Assembly: GCA_001823065.1 (NCBI GenBank)
Contig: MHTJ01000004.1
Span: forward strand, 37,839-101,838
Direction of reading: 5' to 3'
Length of the DNA stretch: 64,000 bases
Source of the DNA: Candidatus Vogelbacteria bacterium RIFOXYD1_FULL_44_32
GTDB taxonomy: Bacteria > Patescibacteriota > Minisyncoccia > Phycocordibacterales > XYD1-FULL-46-19
A program made the translations under genes and the position numbers. Positions 18,280 through 27,170 of the stretch are shown in pieces. Below the pieces are notes generated by a model. That model searched no databases and had not been told where the DNA came from. It saw only the letters and a list, made by a program, of their open reading frames with translations. Positions within the stretch are counted from its first letter, which is position 1, and each line of letters opens with the position of its first letter.

Positions 18280-18943
18280 TATGGAAAATAACTTTCAACA
18301 TTTTCCACTGACCGAAAAGCTTCACACTGATGTTTTGGAAGAAAAATATGGGCCAGTTAGAGCCGAGGTTTTAAGGCATGATAATGAAATTAGAGAAGTA
18401 CATATTGTTGATGAAAGTGGAGTGTCTAGGACTTATGCCCTTACTTTTTTAACTTTTGATAAAAATAATAAGGAAATAGCTGAAATTGATCAGGAAATAA
18501 AAAATGGAGGACTAATTGGTAAGACTTTTCGTGACCATGGTTATGAAATTAGAAAGAATGTTATTCACGTCTACACTGTGGAATTGCCTGATTGGCTTAA
18601 ATCTAGATTTGAAAATGAATCAAACGAAGCTAAAGCTCGACTGTCGGAATTTTATGCTAAAAAGAAAGATGAATCACCGCTAATTTATGGTATTGTAACT
18701 GAAATATATAGTCCAGATTTTAGAGAACCTGAAATAAATAACATTGATACTAAACAAGATAATCCTTCTACCAACGCTTTTGAGTTGGTGGGTATAACAA
18801 AAGGCGAGATTTGGGACAGGATTGGCGATGGTAATTTGTGGAGCGGTTTGCAAGAAAAATTAGACCGAGCCAAAGAATTGGCGAAAACTGAAGAAAATAA
18901 TTTGGCGGAGCGGGTGGCAAGATATTTAAATAAAGATAATTAA
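18266..18943 (+). CDS. Hypothetical protein inserted between the two transketolase subunit genes
   Basis: AT-rich ORF with no recognised motif. Its start overlaps the tkt-N stop by 14 nt and its stop abuts the tkt-C start. Confidence 0.55.
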   Translation: MKMIDMENNFQHFPLTEKLHTDVLEEKYGPVRAEVLRHDNEIREVHIVDESGVSRTYALTFLTFDKNNKEIAEIDQEIKNGGLIGKTFRDHGYEIRKNVIHVYTVELPDWLKSRFENESNEAKARLSEFYAKKKDESPLIYGIVTEIYSPDFREPEINNIDTKQDNPSTNAFELVGITKGEIWDRIGDGNLWSGLQEKLDRAKELAKTEENNLAERVARYLNKDN

Positions 18944-18944
18944 T

Positions 18945-19940
18945 ATGTTAAATACTTCCCAAAAACTAAACCCAAAACTTTTTGACCTCAATGTGGAGCA
19001 GGTGCCTATTCGTGACGGGTTTGGGCAGGGGTTGGTGGAAGCGGGCGAGAAAAACGAGCAAGTAGTGGCGCTGTGTGCCGACCTTGTTGAGTCCACACGC
19101 ATCGAAAAATTTGCCAAACAGTTTCCCGAGCGATTTGTGGAAATGGGGGTGGCTGAACAAAACTTGGTGACGGTCGCTTCGGGGCTCGCTTCGATGGGCA
19201 AAATCCCTTTTACCGCCTCGTACGCTTGTTTTTCGCCAGGGCGCAACTGGGAACAGATTCGTACGACCATTACCTACAACGATGTACCGGTGAAAATTGT
19301 GGGGGCTCATGCTGGTATCTCGGTTGGCCCCGATGGGGGCACCCACCAAATGCTTGAAGACATTGCCCTAATGCGGGTGTTACCCAATATGGTGGTGGTG
19401 GTGCCGTGCGACAGTGTGGAAGCCAAGAAGGCGACACTCGCAATAGCGGAAAATGGTAAACCTAGCTATATACGCCTCGCTCGCAACAAGTCGGCTGTGG
19501 TTACTACCGCCACGTCGCCGTTTGAAGTGGGGAAAGCTAATGTGCTAGTTGACCCGGATCGGGCCGAAGTGGCGGTGATTGCTTGTGGGCAAATGGTCTA
19601 CTATGCCCTAATGGCGGCGCGCCAACTGGAGGCCGAGGGGATAAAAGTCTCGGTGACCAATTTGCATACTATTAAGCCACTAGACATGGAAACTATTCAC
19701 CGCGTCGCCGCCAACTCGGGCGCGGTGGTGACAGTCGAGGAACACCAAGTGGTTGGTGGGATGGGGAGCGCGGTGGCGGAAAGTTTGGCAAAAACTTTTC
19801 CGGTGCCGATAGAGTTTCTCGGGGTGCAAGATAAATATGGCCAGTCGGGCGAGCCAGGCGAACTTTTGGAGCACTATGGTTTGGGGGTGAAAGATATTGT
19901 TGGGGCCGTGAAGAAAGTCATAGGACGGAAGAAACGGTAG
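18945..19940 (+). CDS. Transketolase, C-terminal subunit
   Basis: Transketolase pyrimidine-binding domain FVEMGVAEQNLVTVASGLA. Confidence 0.85.
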   Translation: MLNTSQKLNPKLFDLNVEQVPIRDGFGQGLVEAGEKNEQVVALCADLVESTRIEKFAKQFPERFVEMGVAEQNLVTVASGLASMGKIPFTASYACFSPGRNWEQIRTTITYNDVPVKIVGAHAGISVGPDGGTHQMLEDIALMRVLPNMVVVVPCDSVEAKKATLAIAENGKPSYIRLARNKSAVVTTATSPFEVGKANVLVDPDRAEVAVIACGQMVYYALMAARQLEAEGIKVSVTNLHTIKPLDMETIHRVAANSGAVVTVEEHQVVGGMGSAVAESLAKTFPVPIEFLGVQDKYGQSGEPGELLEHYGLGVKDIVGAVKKVIGRKKR

Positions 19941-19989
19941 ACATTTTGAGAGTTATTGCTATATTAAAAATAGAGAAAAGGAGGTGCGT

Positions 19990-20088
19990 ATGGGCCGTTT
20001 TAAAACAAGGGATTGGCTGGTGGCGGTGATTTTTGGAACGGTACTTTTTTTGTGTATTTTTGTTTCCGTTTACATTTTGGTTCGCTAG
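19990..20088 (+). CDS. Small hydrophobic protein (32 aa) with strong SD
   Basis: AAGGAGG 5 nt upstream of the ATG. Translation MGRFKTRDWLVAVIFGTVLFLCIFVSVYILVR. A strong terminator follows. Confidence 0.4.
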   Translation: MGRFKTRDWLVAVIFGTVLFLCIFVSVYILVR

Positions 20089-20112
20089 CGAATCAGAAAA
20101 CTGGCGGTGATA

Positions 20113-20170
20113 GCGCGGGCAAGGTTGGATGGCGGGTGCGCCATCCAACCTTGCCCGCGCTTTTTTGTTT
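20113..20170 (+). terminator. Rho-independent terminator (long GC hairpin + T tract)
   Basis: Hairpin gcgcgggcaaggttggatggcgggtgcgccatccaaccttgcccgcgc followed by ttttttg. Confidence 0.85.
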
Positions 20171-20195
20171 TGGTTATAAATAGTATAATTTTGAT

Positions 20196-21077
20196 ATGAA
20201 AAAAATCCTTATTATTGGGGGCGGGGAAATAGGCCAAGCCCTCGCCCAGCTTCTATTGGTTCACGAGCCAGTGATTTTTGATAAAGATGAAACTAAAAAT
20301 AAGGCCGGTCGGCCTTTAGCCGAATTATTAGCGGAAGCGGCCATTGTTTTTCTGGCGGTTCCAACTCAGGCCTTAGCGTCGGTTGGCAAGGAGATATCTT
20401 CGCATCTAAAAACCGAAGCTGTGGTCGTTTCTGTTTCTAAAGGCGCTAGTGCCAACGGAAATTTTTCTTTCGAAATTTTAGCCGAAGTATTACCCAATAA
20501 CCCGTTGGTGTTTATGGGTGGGCCGATGCTCGCTGCAGAAATTAAGGCGGGTAAAAAAGCGGGGGCCACCCTTGGTAGTGAATCAGCCGAGGCTCGTCTG
20601 GTGGTACGGGAGATTTTTGCCCACTCCAATCTGTTACTCAAAGAGTCGGATGATGCCACTGGGGTGGCCTTGGCTGGATTGTTAAAAAATTTTTATGCTT
20701 TGGGCCTGGCGGTAGCCGAAGAAGTTGGGGTCGGTGCCAATACTAAAGGGGCTTTAGTGGCCTCGGCCTTGGCTGAAATTACCGAGCTTTTGGTGTCATT
20801 TGGGGGTAAGGCCGAAACCGCTTATTCTTTAGCTGGTCTAGGCGACCTGGTGGCCACTGCTTCCAGTGAACATAGTCGCAATCGGACTGCTGGTCGCGAC
20901 CTAGTGAGGATTGGTAAATGTCCTATCGAAAGTGAGGGTAGCCTAGCCTTGCCTCTAGTTTGGCCACGGCTAGAAAGCAAGTTGGCGGGCATGCCATTTT
21001 TGGCAGCCATTGGCGAGGTGGTAGTCCACGGTAAAAATCCAAAAAATGTTTTTGAAAATATTCTCGAGAGGCTCTAA
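20196..21077 (+). CDS. gpsA: NAD(P)H-dependent glycerol-3-phosphate dehydrogenase
   Basis: IIGGGEIGQAL NAD-binding motif and the GpsA signature LAGLGDLVATASSEHSRNR. Confidence 0.75.
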   Translation: MKKILIIGGGEIGQALAQLLLVHEPVIFDKDETKNKAGRPLAELLAEAAIVFLAVPTQALASVGKEISSHLKTEAVVVSVSKGASANGNFSFEILAEVLPNNPLVFMGGPMLAAEIKAGKKAGATLGSESAEARLVVREIFAHSNLLLKESDDATGVALAGLLKNFYALGLAVAEEVGVGANTKGALVASALAEITELLVSFGGKAETAYSLAGLGDLVATASSEHSRNRTAGRDLVRIGKCPIESEGSLALPLVWPRLESKLAGMPFLAAIGEVVVHGKNPKNVFENILERL

Positions 21078-22260
21078 ATCTAAACAAAAAAAATTTCTAG
21101 TCCTTGATGTTGGTACTACTGGCGTCAAGGGTATTGTGTTTGCCGACGATGGTACTGTTTTAGCCAAGTCTTATCGTTTTTTAAAAAAGAATCATCCCAA
21201 GAAAGGTTGGGTTGAGCAAGACCCAATGGAAATGGTCTCGGCTAGTATTTTTGTTTTGCGCAATGCCCTAGATTTAGCCAAACTGACGGCTACAGATATT
21301 ACCGCTTGTGGTATTACCAACCAGCGCGAAACGACTATTTTGTGGGATAAAAATACCGGTTTGCCGGTTTGTCCGGCTATTGTGTGGGAAGATAATCGGA
21401 CCAAAGATTGGTGCGATGATCTGGCGCAAAAACATGGACCATTGGTTAGAGAAAAAACCGGACTTTTGATAGAACCATATTTTTCCGCTTCCAAAATTCG
21501 CTGGATTTTAAAAAATTCAGCTCAAGCCGAAAAGTTAAAACGGGAAGGTAATTTACTTTTTGGCACGGTCGACTCGTGGATTTTGTGGAACTTGTCCGAC
21601 GAGGCTGTTCATGCCACCGACTATACCAATGCTTCGCGGACCCTTTTGTATGATATTAAAGAGAAAAAATGGAACTCGGAATTGTTGGAAATTTTTTCAA
21701 TACCAAGCAATATCTTACCGCAAGTTTTAGATTCGGCCGGGCGTTTTGGTAGTCTACGTCGCGATATTGTTAGTGGGGAGATACCGATTGGAGCGATCAT
21801 TGGTGATCAAGAAGCCAGTGCTGTGGCTGCCGCGCTCGAGCGGGGGGTGACCAAAGTCACTTATGGTACCGGGGCGTTTATTGCCCAAGGGTTAGGCCAA
21901 AATTTTGAACTTCATGATGGTTTTTACACCACTTTAGTACCCGGCTTGTATGGGCCCGAGTATATGCTAGAGGCCAAAGTCAGTGGCTATGGCGACCAGG
22001 TAGGAAAATATTTAAAAGACCCAGTCAAACTAAAAGAAGTTTTGGAAAGTCTAACCAAAGAAGTGGGACAAGTGTTAGAGCGTCTGCCTTTACCGGTGTC
22101 TAAAGTTATGGCTGACGGAGGGATTACCCAAGCCGAGTTTTTGTTGGCGGAACAAGAACGAGTTTCGGGAATAAAAATGGTTAAACAAAAAATATACGAT
22201 GGTACCAGTCTGGGGGTGCTATATCTACTGCAAGACTTTTTGAAACAACCAAAAGTTTGA
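21046..22260 (+). CDS. glpK: Glycerol kinase-like FGGY carbohydrate kinase (short form)
   Basis: FGGY N-terminus LVLDVGTTGVKG and GlpK-like ITNQRETTILWDKNTG. It overlaps gpsA by 32 nt; the start is uncertain. Confidence 0.7.
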   Translation: MFLKIFSRGSKSKQKKFLVLDVGTTGVKGIVFADDGTVLAKSYRFLKKNHPKKGWVEQDPMEMVSASIFVLRNALDLAKLTATDITACGITNQRETTILWDKNTGLPVCPAIVWEDNRTKDWCDDLAQKHGPLVREKTGLLIEPYFSASKIRWILKNSAQAEKLKREGNLLFGTVDSWILWNLSDEAVHATDYTNASRTLLYDIKEKKWNSELLEIFSIPSNILPQVLDSAGRFGSLRRDIVSGEIPIGAIIGDQEASAVAAALERGVTKVTYGTGAFIAQGLGQNFELHDGFYTTLVPGLYGPEYMLEAKVSGYGDQVGKYLKDPVKLKEVLESLTKEVGQVLERLPLPVSKVMADGGITQAEFLLAEQERVSGIKMVKQKIYDGTSLGVLYLLQDFLKQPKV

Positions 22261-22297
22261 CAAATTTTATAAGAAGTATATAAAGAGAGAAGATTTT

Positions 22298-22458
22298 TCT
22301 CGTGGGCGACGCCAGCAATGCCGCAACGTGCTGGGATGCTCCCTCCTTGTTTGTCGCCCACGAGAACCTTTGGCCACCTTTCCCTATCCGGAAGAGAGGA
22401 CTTGCTGGTTTTACCCCATTCCAGCTCCTTACTCTCTTTCGGATAGGGGTTTTATTTT
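22298..22458 (+). terminator. Two nested long inverted repeats downstream of glpK, the second ending in a T tract
   Basis: Inverted repeat tctcgtgggcgac/gtcgcccacgaga (22298-22365), and ccctatccggaagagag/ctctctttcggataggg (22382-22449) followed by ttttatttt. Confidence 0.5.
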
Positions 22459-22463
22459 GCCTA

Positions 22464-22491
22464 TTGACAAAAAAGTAGGGGGTGCTATAAT
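22464..22491 (+). promoter_or_regulatory. Consensus sigma70-type promoter (TTGACA-16nt-TATAAT)
   Basis: TTGACA at 22464-22469 and TATAAT at 22486-22491. Confidence 0.6.
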
Positions 22492-22497
22492 GGGGAT

Positions 22498-22790
22498 TGA
22501 ACAAGTGAATGACCAACTGACGGAAGGAGGTGATGTCTATGTTGGCCACGAAGTCCCTTGAACATTATTTTGATATGAAGACGACGGCAACCACCGCCAC
22601 GGCCTGACCGGCCATCGGCGCGCGCCCCAACAAACCGGGCATAGGGCCCGGGGAGGAATACCCATGAACATTCGGCGTCCGCGCGACTCAGCCGGCTAGG
22701 TACTCTAGCCATCTGCGTCGCAAATAAATTTGCCGTCCCCCGACCACGTGCCTTTATGGCAATCGCGCACGGGGGGCGGCTTTTCTTTTA
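22498..22790 (+). ncRNA. Candidate ~290-nt GC-rich transcript (promoter to terminator), possibly dual-function with a micro-ORF
   Basis: The unit starts at a consensus promoter and ends at the hairpin gccgtccccc...ggggggcggc plus a T tract (22732-22790). It is GC-rich with several internal hairpins and contains no long ORF. Confidence 0.3.
22539..22607 (+). CDS. SD-led 22-codon micro-ORF (MLATKSLEHYFDMKTTATTATA)
   Basis: AGGAGG at 22525-22530, 8 nt before the ATG at 22539; TGA stop at 22605. Confidence 0.25.
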   Translation: MLATKSLEHYFDMKTTATTATA

Positions 22791-23783
22791 CAATTTTTTA
22801 GGAGCGTAATCAGCTGGAGCTTCAGCTAAATATTTTTCAATTTTTTCTTTGGTCAAAAGGCCAGATTGGGCACCAACAGATTGCACTACTGACATCGAGT
22901 TTATCGGCGCGCGCTTGAGCGCCTCCGGGACACTCATTCCTAAAGCAATAAAAGAAGTAAAGGTCGAGGCAAAAGCGTCACCGGCTCCCGTGCGACTTAT
23001 TGGTGATTTTGGGTCGGGGTAAATTGGCATTTGCCACATGTCGGTACCGTCAAAAGTGTAGGCGCCATTTGGCCCGTCAGTCAGACCCACTATTTTGGGA
23101 CCCAAATTTTTAATGCTGGTCAATAGATTTTTCACATCAGTCTCGTCTGGAGTTTTTAATATTCGCCGTGCTTCTTCTAGGTTGCAGACAAATATTTCGG
23201 TCCGAGCAAAAATATCGGGCAGTTTATCTGGGCCCAAATTTATTTGAAAAGTCCCTGGTTGAAAGGCTAATTTGGTTTCGGGGTGAGCCAAAAGCCAGGT
23301 CGCCAACTGGTGGTGAAAATCAAGCGAGTTTTCACCTAGCGAGCTAAGGTAAATCCAGCGCGGGTTGCCAATATCCGGCAAACTATAATCATATTTTTCG
23401 TGCTTAATTAAAATAGTCCGTTCGGCGCCATACCACAAAACATAATGATAATTGGTTTTTTGGCCGGCATTGGTTTTTACCAAATCAGTCGCGACATTTT
23501 CCTTAGCTAAACTTGCTAGGGCTTCTTTACCTTCGTCGTCATCACCAATATTAGTCAGAAGACCAGTAGTAAGGCCCAGACGGGAAGCCGAGACAGCGGC
23601 ATTGGGCGAATTGCCGACCGCAGGCACAATGGTGACCGACTCGTAGGGGATTTTGTCACCGAAAGCCAGACAGATTTTGCAATTGTCTTTATTAATATCA
23701 CAATTGACCTCGGCCTCTTGCAGTTTAATAAAAGCATCAGTAGTAATATCGCCAATTGCTAAAATGTCTAGTTTTTTATTCAT
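22788..23783 (-). CDS. PfkB-family carbohydrate kinase (ribokinase-like)
   Basis: LDILAIGDITTD N-terminal motif and the GAGDAF anion hole. Start chosen at MNKKLD, which has an upstream TATAAT and AAAGG. Confidence 0.8.
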   Translation of the reverse strand: MNKKLDILAIGDITTDAFIKLQEAEVNCDINKDNCKICLAFGDKIPYESVTIVPAVGNSPNAAVSASRLGLTTGLLTNIGDDDEGKEALASLAKENVATDLVKTNAGQKTNYHYVLWYGAERTILIKHEKYDYSLPDIGNPRWIYLSSLGENSLDFHHQLATWLLAHPETKLAFQPGTFQINLGPDKLPDIFARTEIFVCNLEEARRILKTPDETDVKNLLTSIKNLGPKIVGLTDGPNGAYTFDGTDMWQMPIYPDPKSPISRTGAGDAFASTFTSFIALGMSVPEALKRAPINSMSVVQSVGAQSGLLTKEKIEKYLAEAPADYAPKKL

Positions 23784-23819
23784 TTCTAAATTATACCTTT
23801 CTCTGTAATTATTCCCAAA

Positions 23820-24554
23820 AATATTGGACACCGAGTGTCCAATATTTTAAACTTATGATAATGAGAAAGATAAAAATTTGTGAGGGGGAGTATTATCACA
23901 TTTACAATCGTGGAGTAGATAAAAAAGACATTTTTATTGATAAACGAGATTACGCCCGGTTCTTATTTTGTGTTTTGTTTTTCCAATCGCCACTTTCATT
24001 AGTTAATCCTCCCTCCTATATTAATTATTTTATTGGACACTCGGTGTTCAATATTTCTCAAAAAATTAAAAAACAAATAATTAGTGATAAGTATGTTGAG
24101 TTGGTGTCTTTTATATTTATGCCCAATCATTTCCATTTAATTGTTAAGGAAAAGGTGGCAGGGGGAATTTCTCAATATATGCAAAGAATTCAAAATTCTT
24201 TTACAAAATATTTTAATACAAAATATAAAAAGAATGGGCATTTATTTCAGGGGCCATATCAAATTGTTTATATTGAAGATGATGAACAGTTACTTTATTT
24301 ATCATCATATATACATCGGAATTGTCGGGTACTTAATGGTTGGAAGAATAAGGAGGAAAAGTATCCGTGGTCAAGCTACTCTGATTTTTTAGGCCCAAAT
24401 CGGTTTGGTGGTCTATTAGAACCAGAAATTATTATGTCCGAATTTAATAATGCTGGTGATTATAAAATAGAGGTTCAAAACAGTGGCGCCAAAGAGATAA
24501 TTGAAGATTTATTAATTGATAATTGATAATATTGGACACTCGGTGTCCAATATT
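23820..24554 (+). mobile_element. IS200/IS605-family (or RAYT-like) element with 27-bp palindromic termini
   Basis: aatattggacaccgagtgtccaatatt at 23820-23846 and its reverse complement at 24528-24554 flank a HuH tyrosine-transposase ORF. Confidence 0.7.
23855..24526 (+). CDS. tnpA: IS200-like HuH tyrosine transposase (TnpA / REP-associated-like)
   Basis: HIYNRG, HuH motif MPNHFHLIV and catalytic-Tyr motif YIHRN. Start taken at MIMRKIKI. Confidence 0.75.
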   Translation: MIMRKIKICEGEYYHIYNRGVDKKDIFIDKRDYARFLFCVLFFQSPLSLVNPPSYINYFIGHSVFNISQKIKKQIISDKYVELVSFIFMPNHFHLIVKEKVAGGISQYMQRIQNSFTKYFNTKYKKNGHLFQGPYQIVYIEDDEQLLYLSSYIHRNCRVLNGWKNKEEKYPWSSYSDFLGPNRFGGLLEPEIIMSEFNNAGDYKIEVQNSGAKEIIEDLLIDN

Positions 24555-24601
24555 TTGTTTTTCTAGAGAAGATGTAAAGTCTTTATGGTAGAATAGGAGG
24601 A

Positions 24602-25468
24602 ATGAAGACATTAATTGAATATATTCAGGAGGCAGATAAGGGAGGTTGGGCCCTGGGGCATTTTAATATTTCTAATATTGAGGGCCTGTGGGGGGTGTTT
24701 CGGGCGGCCGAGGCTGAAAAATTACCAGTCATTATTGGGGTGTCCGAAGGGGAACGAAATTTTATTGGTATTAAACAGGTTAAAGCTTTGGTTGATAGCT
24801 TGAAGGCCGAATATAACTATCCCATATTTTTAAATGCGGACCATACTTACTCCCTAGAAGAAATAAAAAAAGTGGTGGATGCGGGGTATGACTCAGTGGT
24901 GGTGGATGGGTCGAAACTAAGTTTGGAAGATAATATTACCCTAACGAAAACCGCGGTGGCTTATGCTAAAAGTGTGAACCCTAATATCTTGGTAGAAGGG
25001 GAGATTGGTTATATTGGCACTTCGAGCAAATTGCTGGACGAAATACCAGAGGAGGCCGCGATTTCAGGCGAGGCCTTGCCCTCGCCTGAAATCGCGGCCC
25101 AGTTTGTGCAAGCTACCGGCGTGGACTTGCTCGCTCCAGCAGTGGGTAATTTGCATGGTATGTTAAAGTCGGGGACTGATCCGCGTTTGGATATTGAATT
25201 GATAAAAAATATGCGAACCAAATGTGGGGTGCCACTGGTTTTGCATGGTGGGTCGGGTATTACCGATGAAGATTTTCGGTCGGCGATTAAAGCCGGTGTC
25301 TCGATGATTCATATTAATACCGAAATTAGGATAGTTTTTCGTGATGCTTTAAAAATATATTTGCAAAATAATCCAGACGAGATTGCACCGTACAAAATAA
25401 TGGCTCCGTCTATGCACGCGATTGAACAGAAAACCACCGAGCGATTGCGTTTATTTGCTGGGCGCTAA
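24602..25468 (+). CDS. fba: Class II fructose-bisphosphate aldolase
   Basis: Motifs GHFNISNIEG, LNADHT and LHGGSG. AGGAGG SD. Confidence 0.85.
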   Translation: MKTLIEYIQEADKGGWALGHFNISNIEGLWGVFRAAEAEKLPVIIGVSEGERNFIGIKQVKALVDSLKAEYNYPIFLNADHTYSLEEIKKVVDAGYDSVVVDGSKLSLEDNITLTKTAVAYAKSVNPNILVEGEIGYIGTSSKLLDEIPEEAAISGEALPSPEIAAQFVQATGVDLLAPAVGNLHGMLKSGTDPRLDIELIKNMRTKCGVPLVLHGGSGITDEDFRSAIKAGVSMIHINTEIRIVFRDALKIYLQNNPDEIAPYKIMAPSMHAIEQKTTERLRLFAGR

Positions 25469-25471
25469 GAT

Positions 25472-27121
25472 ATGGCTATTTCCCTTGACCTCCAAAAAGA
25501 GCTAGCCAAACAGTTTAAGGGTGAAATTTCGACTGACCCTAAAGTTTTAGCGACTTATAGCCATGATGCGAGTTTGTTTGAAGTTTTGCCGGCATTGGTG
25601 GTCTGGCCTAAAGACGAGGCTGATATTAAAGCTCTGGTTGATTTTGTTAATAAAAACAAATCAGATAATCCGGAGTTGGCGATTACGGTTCGGGCGGCCG
25701 GCACTTGTATGTCGGGCGGGGCCATTGGTGAGTCTATCGTGGCTGACACCACAAAATATATGCGTGGCGTGTTTGACCTAGAAACTGGTCGAGCCACAGT
25801 GTTGCCCGGGACTTTCTATCGGGATTTTGAGGTGGAGGCGAAAAAAACTGGTCAAATGTTACCCTCTTATACCGCCTCTAAAGATCTAAACGCGATTGGC
25901 GGGATGATTGGCAACAATTCTGGGGGTGAAAAAAACTTACGCTATGGCAAGACCGAAAAATATGTGGAAACTTTAGAGGTAGTACTCGCGGATGGTGAGA
26001 CTTATGAAATAAAAGCTTTGACCAAATTTGAACTAGATCAGCAAATGAATCAAGATAATTTTTTGGGTAAAATTTATCGTGAGGTTTTTAGTTTACTGGA
26101 AAATAATAAAGCGATAATCGAGAAAGCTAGGCCGCGGGTGTCTAAAAATTCCGCCGGCTATTATTTGTGGAATATTTGGGATGGTCAAACTTTTAATTTA
26201 AATAAACTTTTTACGGGTGCGCAAGGCACCTTGGGAATTGTAACCAAGGCGACCTTAAAGCTGGTTCCGATTGAAGAAAAATCGGAGTTGGTTGTAGTTT
26301 TTTTGTCCGATGTGGCTCAAGTGGCGGAGATTGTAAATGAGGCGCTTGTTTTTGCTCCAGACAGTATCGAGTCTTATGACGACAAAACTATGAAGTTGGC
26401 GCTACGTTTTTTGCCTGCCCTCGCTAAAAAATTAAAATTTGGCGGTTTATGGAAGCTGGGCTGGTCGTTTTGGCCAGAATTTAAAATGGCTATACGAACT
26501 GGTTTGCCTAAGTTGGTTTTGTTGGTTGAATTTACCGGGCGAGCCGACGAAGATTTAAACAGTAAAGCGGGTCAGTTTGTTCAAAAAATGGAAGCAATGG
26601 GCATAAAAGCTCACCAGACTACTGGTCCAGCTGAAACCGAAAAATATTGGACGATCAGGCGCGAGGCTTTTAGTCTTTTGCGCCAACATTTAGGCAAAAA
26701 ACGTACCGCGCCGTTTATTGACGATATTATTGTCGAGCCAGCCAAAATGCCTGAGTTTTTGCCTAAATTGCGGGCGATTTTAGATGAGTATAATTTATTT
26801 TATACTATTGCCGGCCACGCCGGTGATGGTAATTTTCATATTATTCCCCTGATGGATATGCGTAACCCCAAAAATGTGGAGATTATTATAGGATTGTCAG
26901 ATAGGGTTTATGATTTAGTGATTAGTTTTGGGGGTTCAATCACCGCCGAACACAACGATGGTATTATTCGCACGCCCTACCTGGAAAAGATGTATGGCCC
27001 GGAAATAGTCAGGCTTTTTGCCGAGTTAAAGCAAATCTTTGACCCCCAAAATATCTTTAATCCAGGCAAGAAGGTGGGGGGGAGTAAAGAGTACCTCAAA
27101 GACCATTTAGCCCGGTCATAA
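25472..27121 (+). CDS. FAD-linked oxidase (GlcD/D-lactate dehydrogenase-like)
   Basis: PCMH-type FAD-binding N-terminus (VVWPKDEADIKALV...RAAGTCMSGGAIG) and an FAD-oxidase C-terminal region. Confidence 0.75.
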   Translation: MAISLDLQKELAKQFKGEISTDPKVLATYSHDASLFEVLPALVVWPKDEADIKALVDFVNKNKSDNPELAITVRAAGTCMSGGAIGESIVADTTKYMRGVFDLETGRATVLPGTFYRDFEVEAKKTGQMLPSYTASKDLNAIGGMIGNNSGGEKNLRYGKTEKYVETLEVVLADGETYEIKALTKFELDQQMNQDNFLGKIYREVFSLLENNKAIIEKARPRVSKNSAGYYLWNIWDGQTFNLNKLFTGAQGTLGIVTKATLKLVPIEEKSELVVVFLSDVAQVAEIVNEALVFAPDSIESYDDKTMKLALRFLPALAKKLKFGGLWKLGWSFWPEFKMAIRTGLPKLVLLVEFTGRADEDLNSKAGQFVQKMEAMGIKAHQTTGPAETEKYWTIRREAFSLLRQHLGKKRTAPFIDDIIVEPAKMPEFLPKLRAILDEYNLFYTIAGHAGDGNFHIIPLMDMRNPKNVEIIIGLSDRVYDLVISFGGSITAEHNDGIIRTPYLEKMYGPEIVRLFAELKQIFDPQNIFNPGKKVGGSKEYLKDHLARS

Positions 27122-27170
27122 CAGAAATAGCCTTGCATATTTTTGAAATTTCTTATATATTGTCTCCGTT

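Noticed and set aside
22328-22561. 77-aa + strand ORF
   Set aside because: It spans the inverted-repeat terminators and the consensus promoter itself, so it is implausible as a gene.
23756-23854. Upstream extension of the transposase ORF to 23756
   Set aside because: It would read through the left terminal palindrome and overlap the PfkB start. The MIMRKIKI start at 23855 fits the element boundary.
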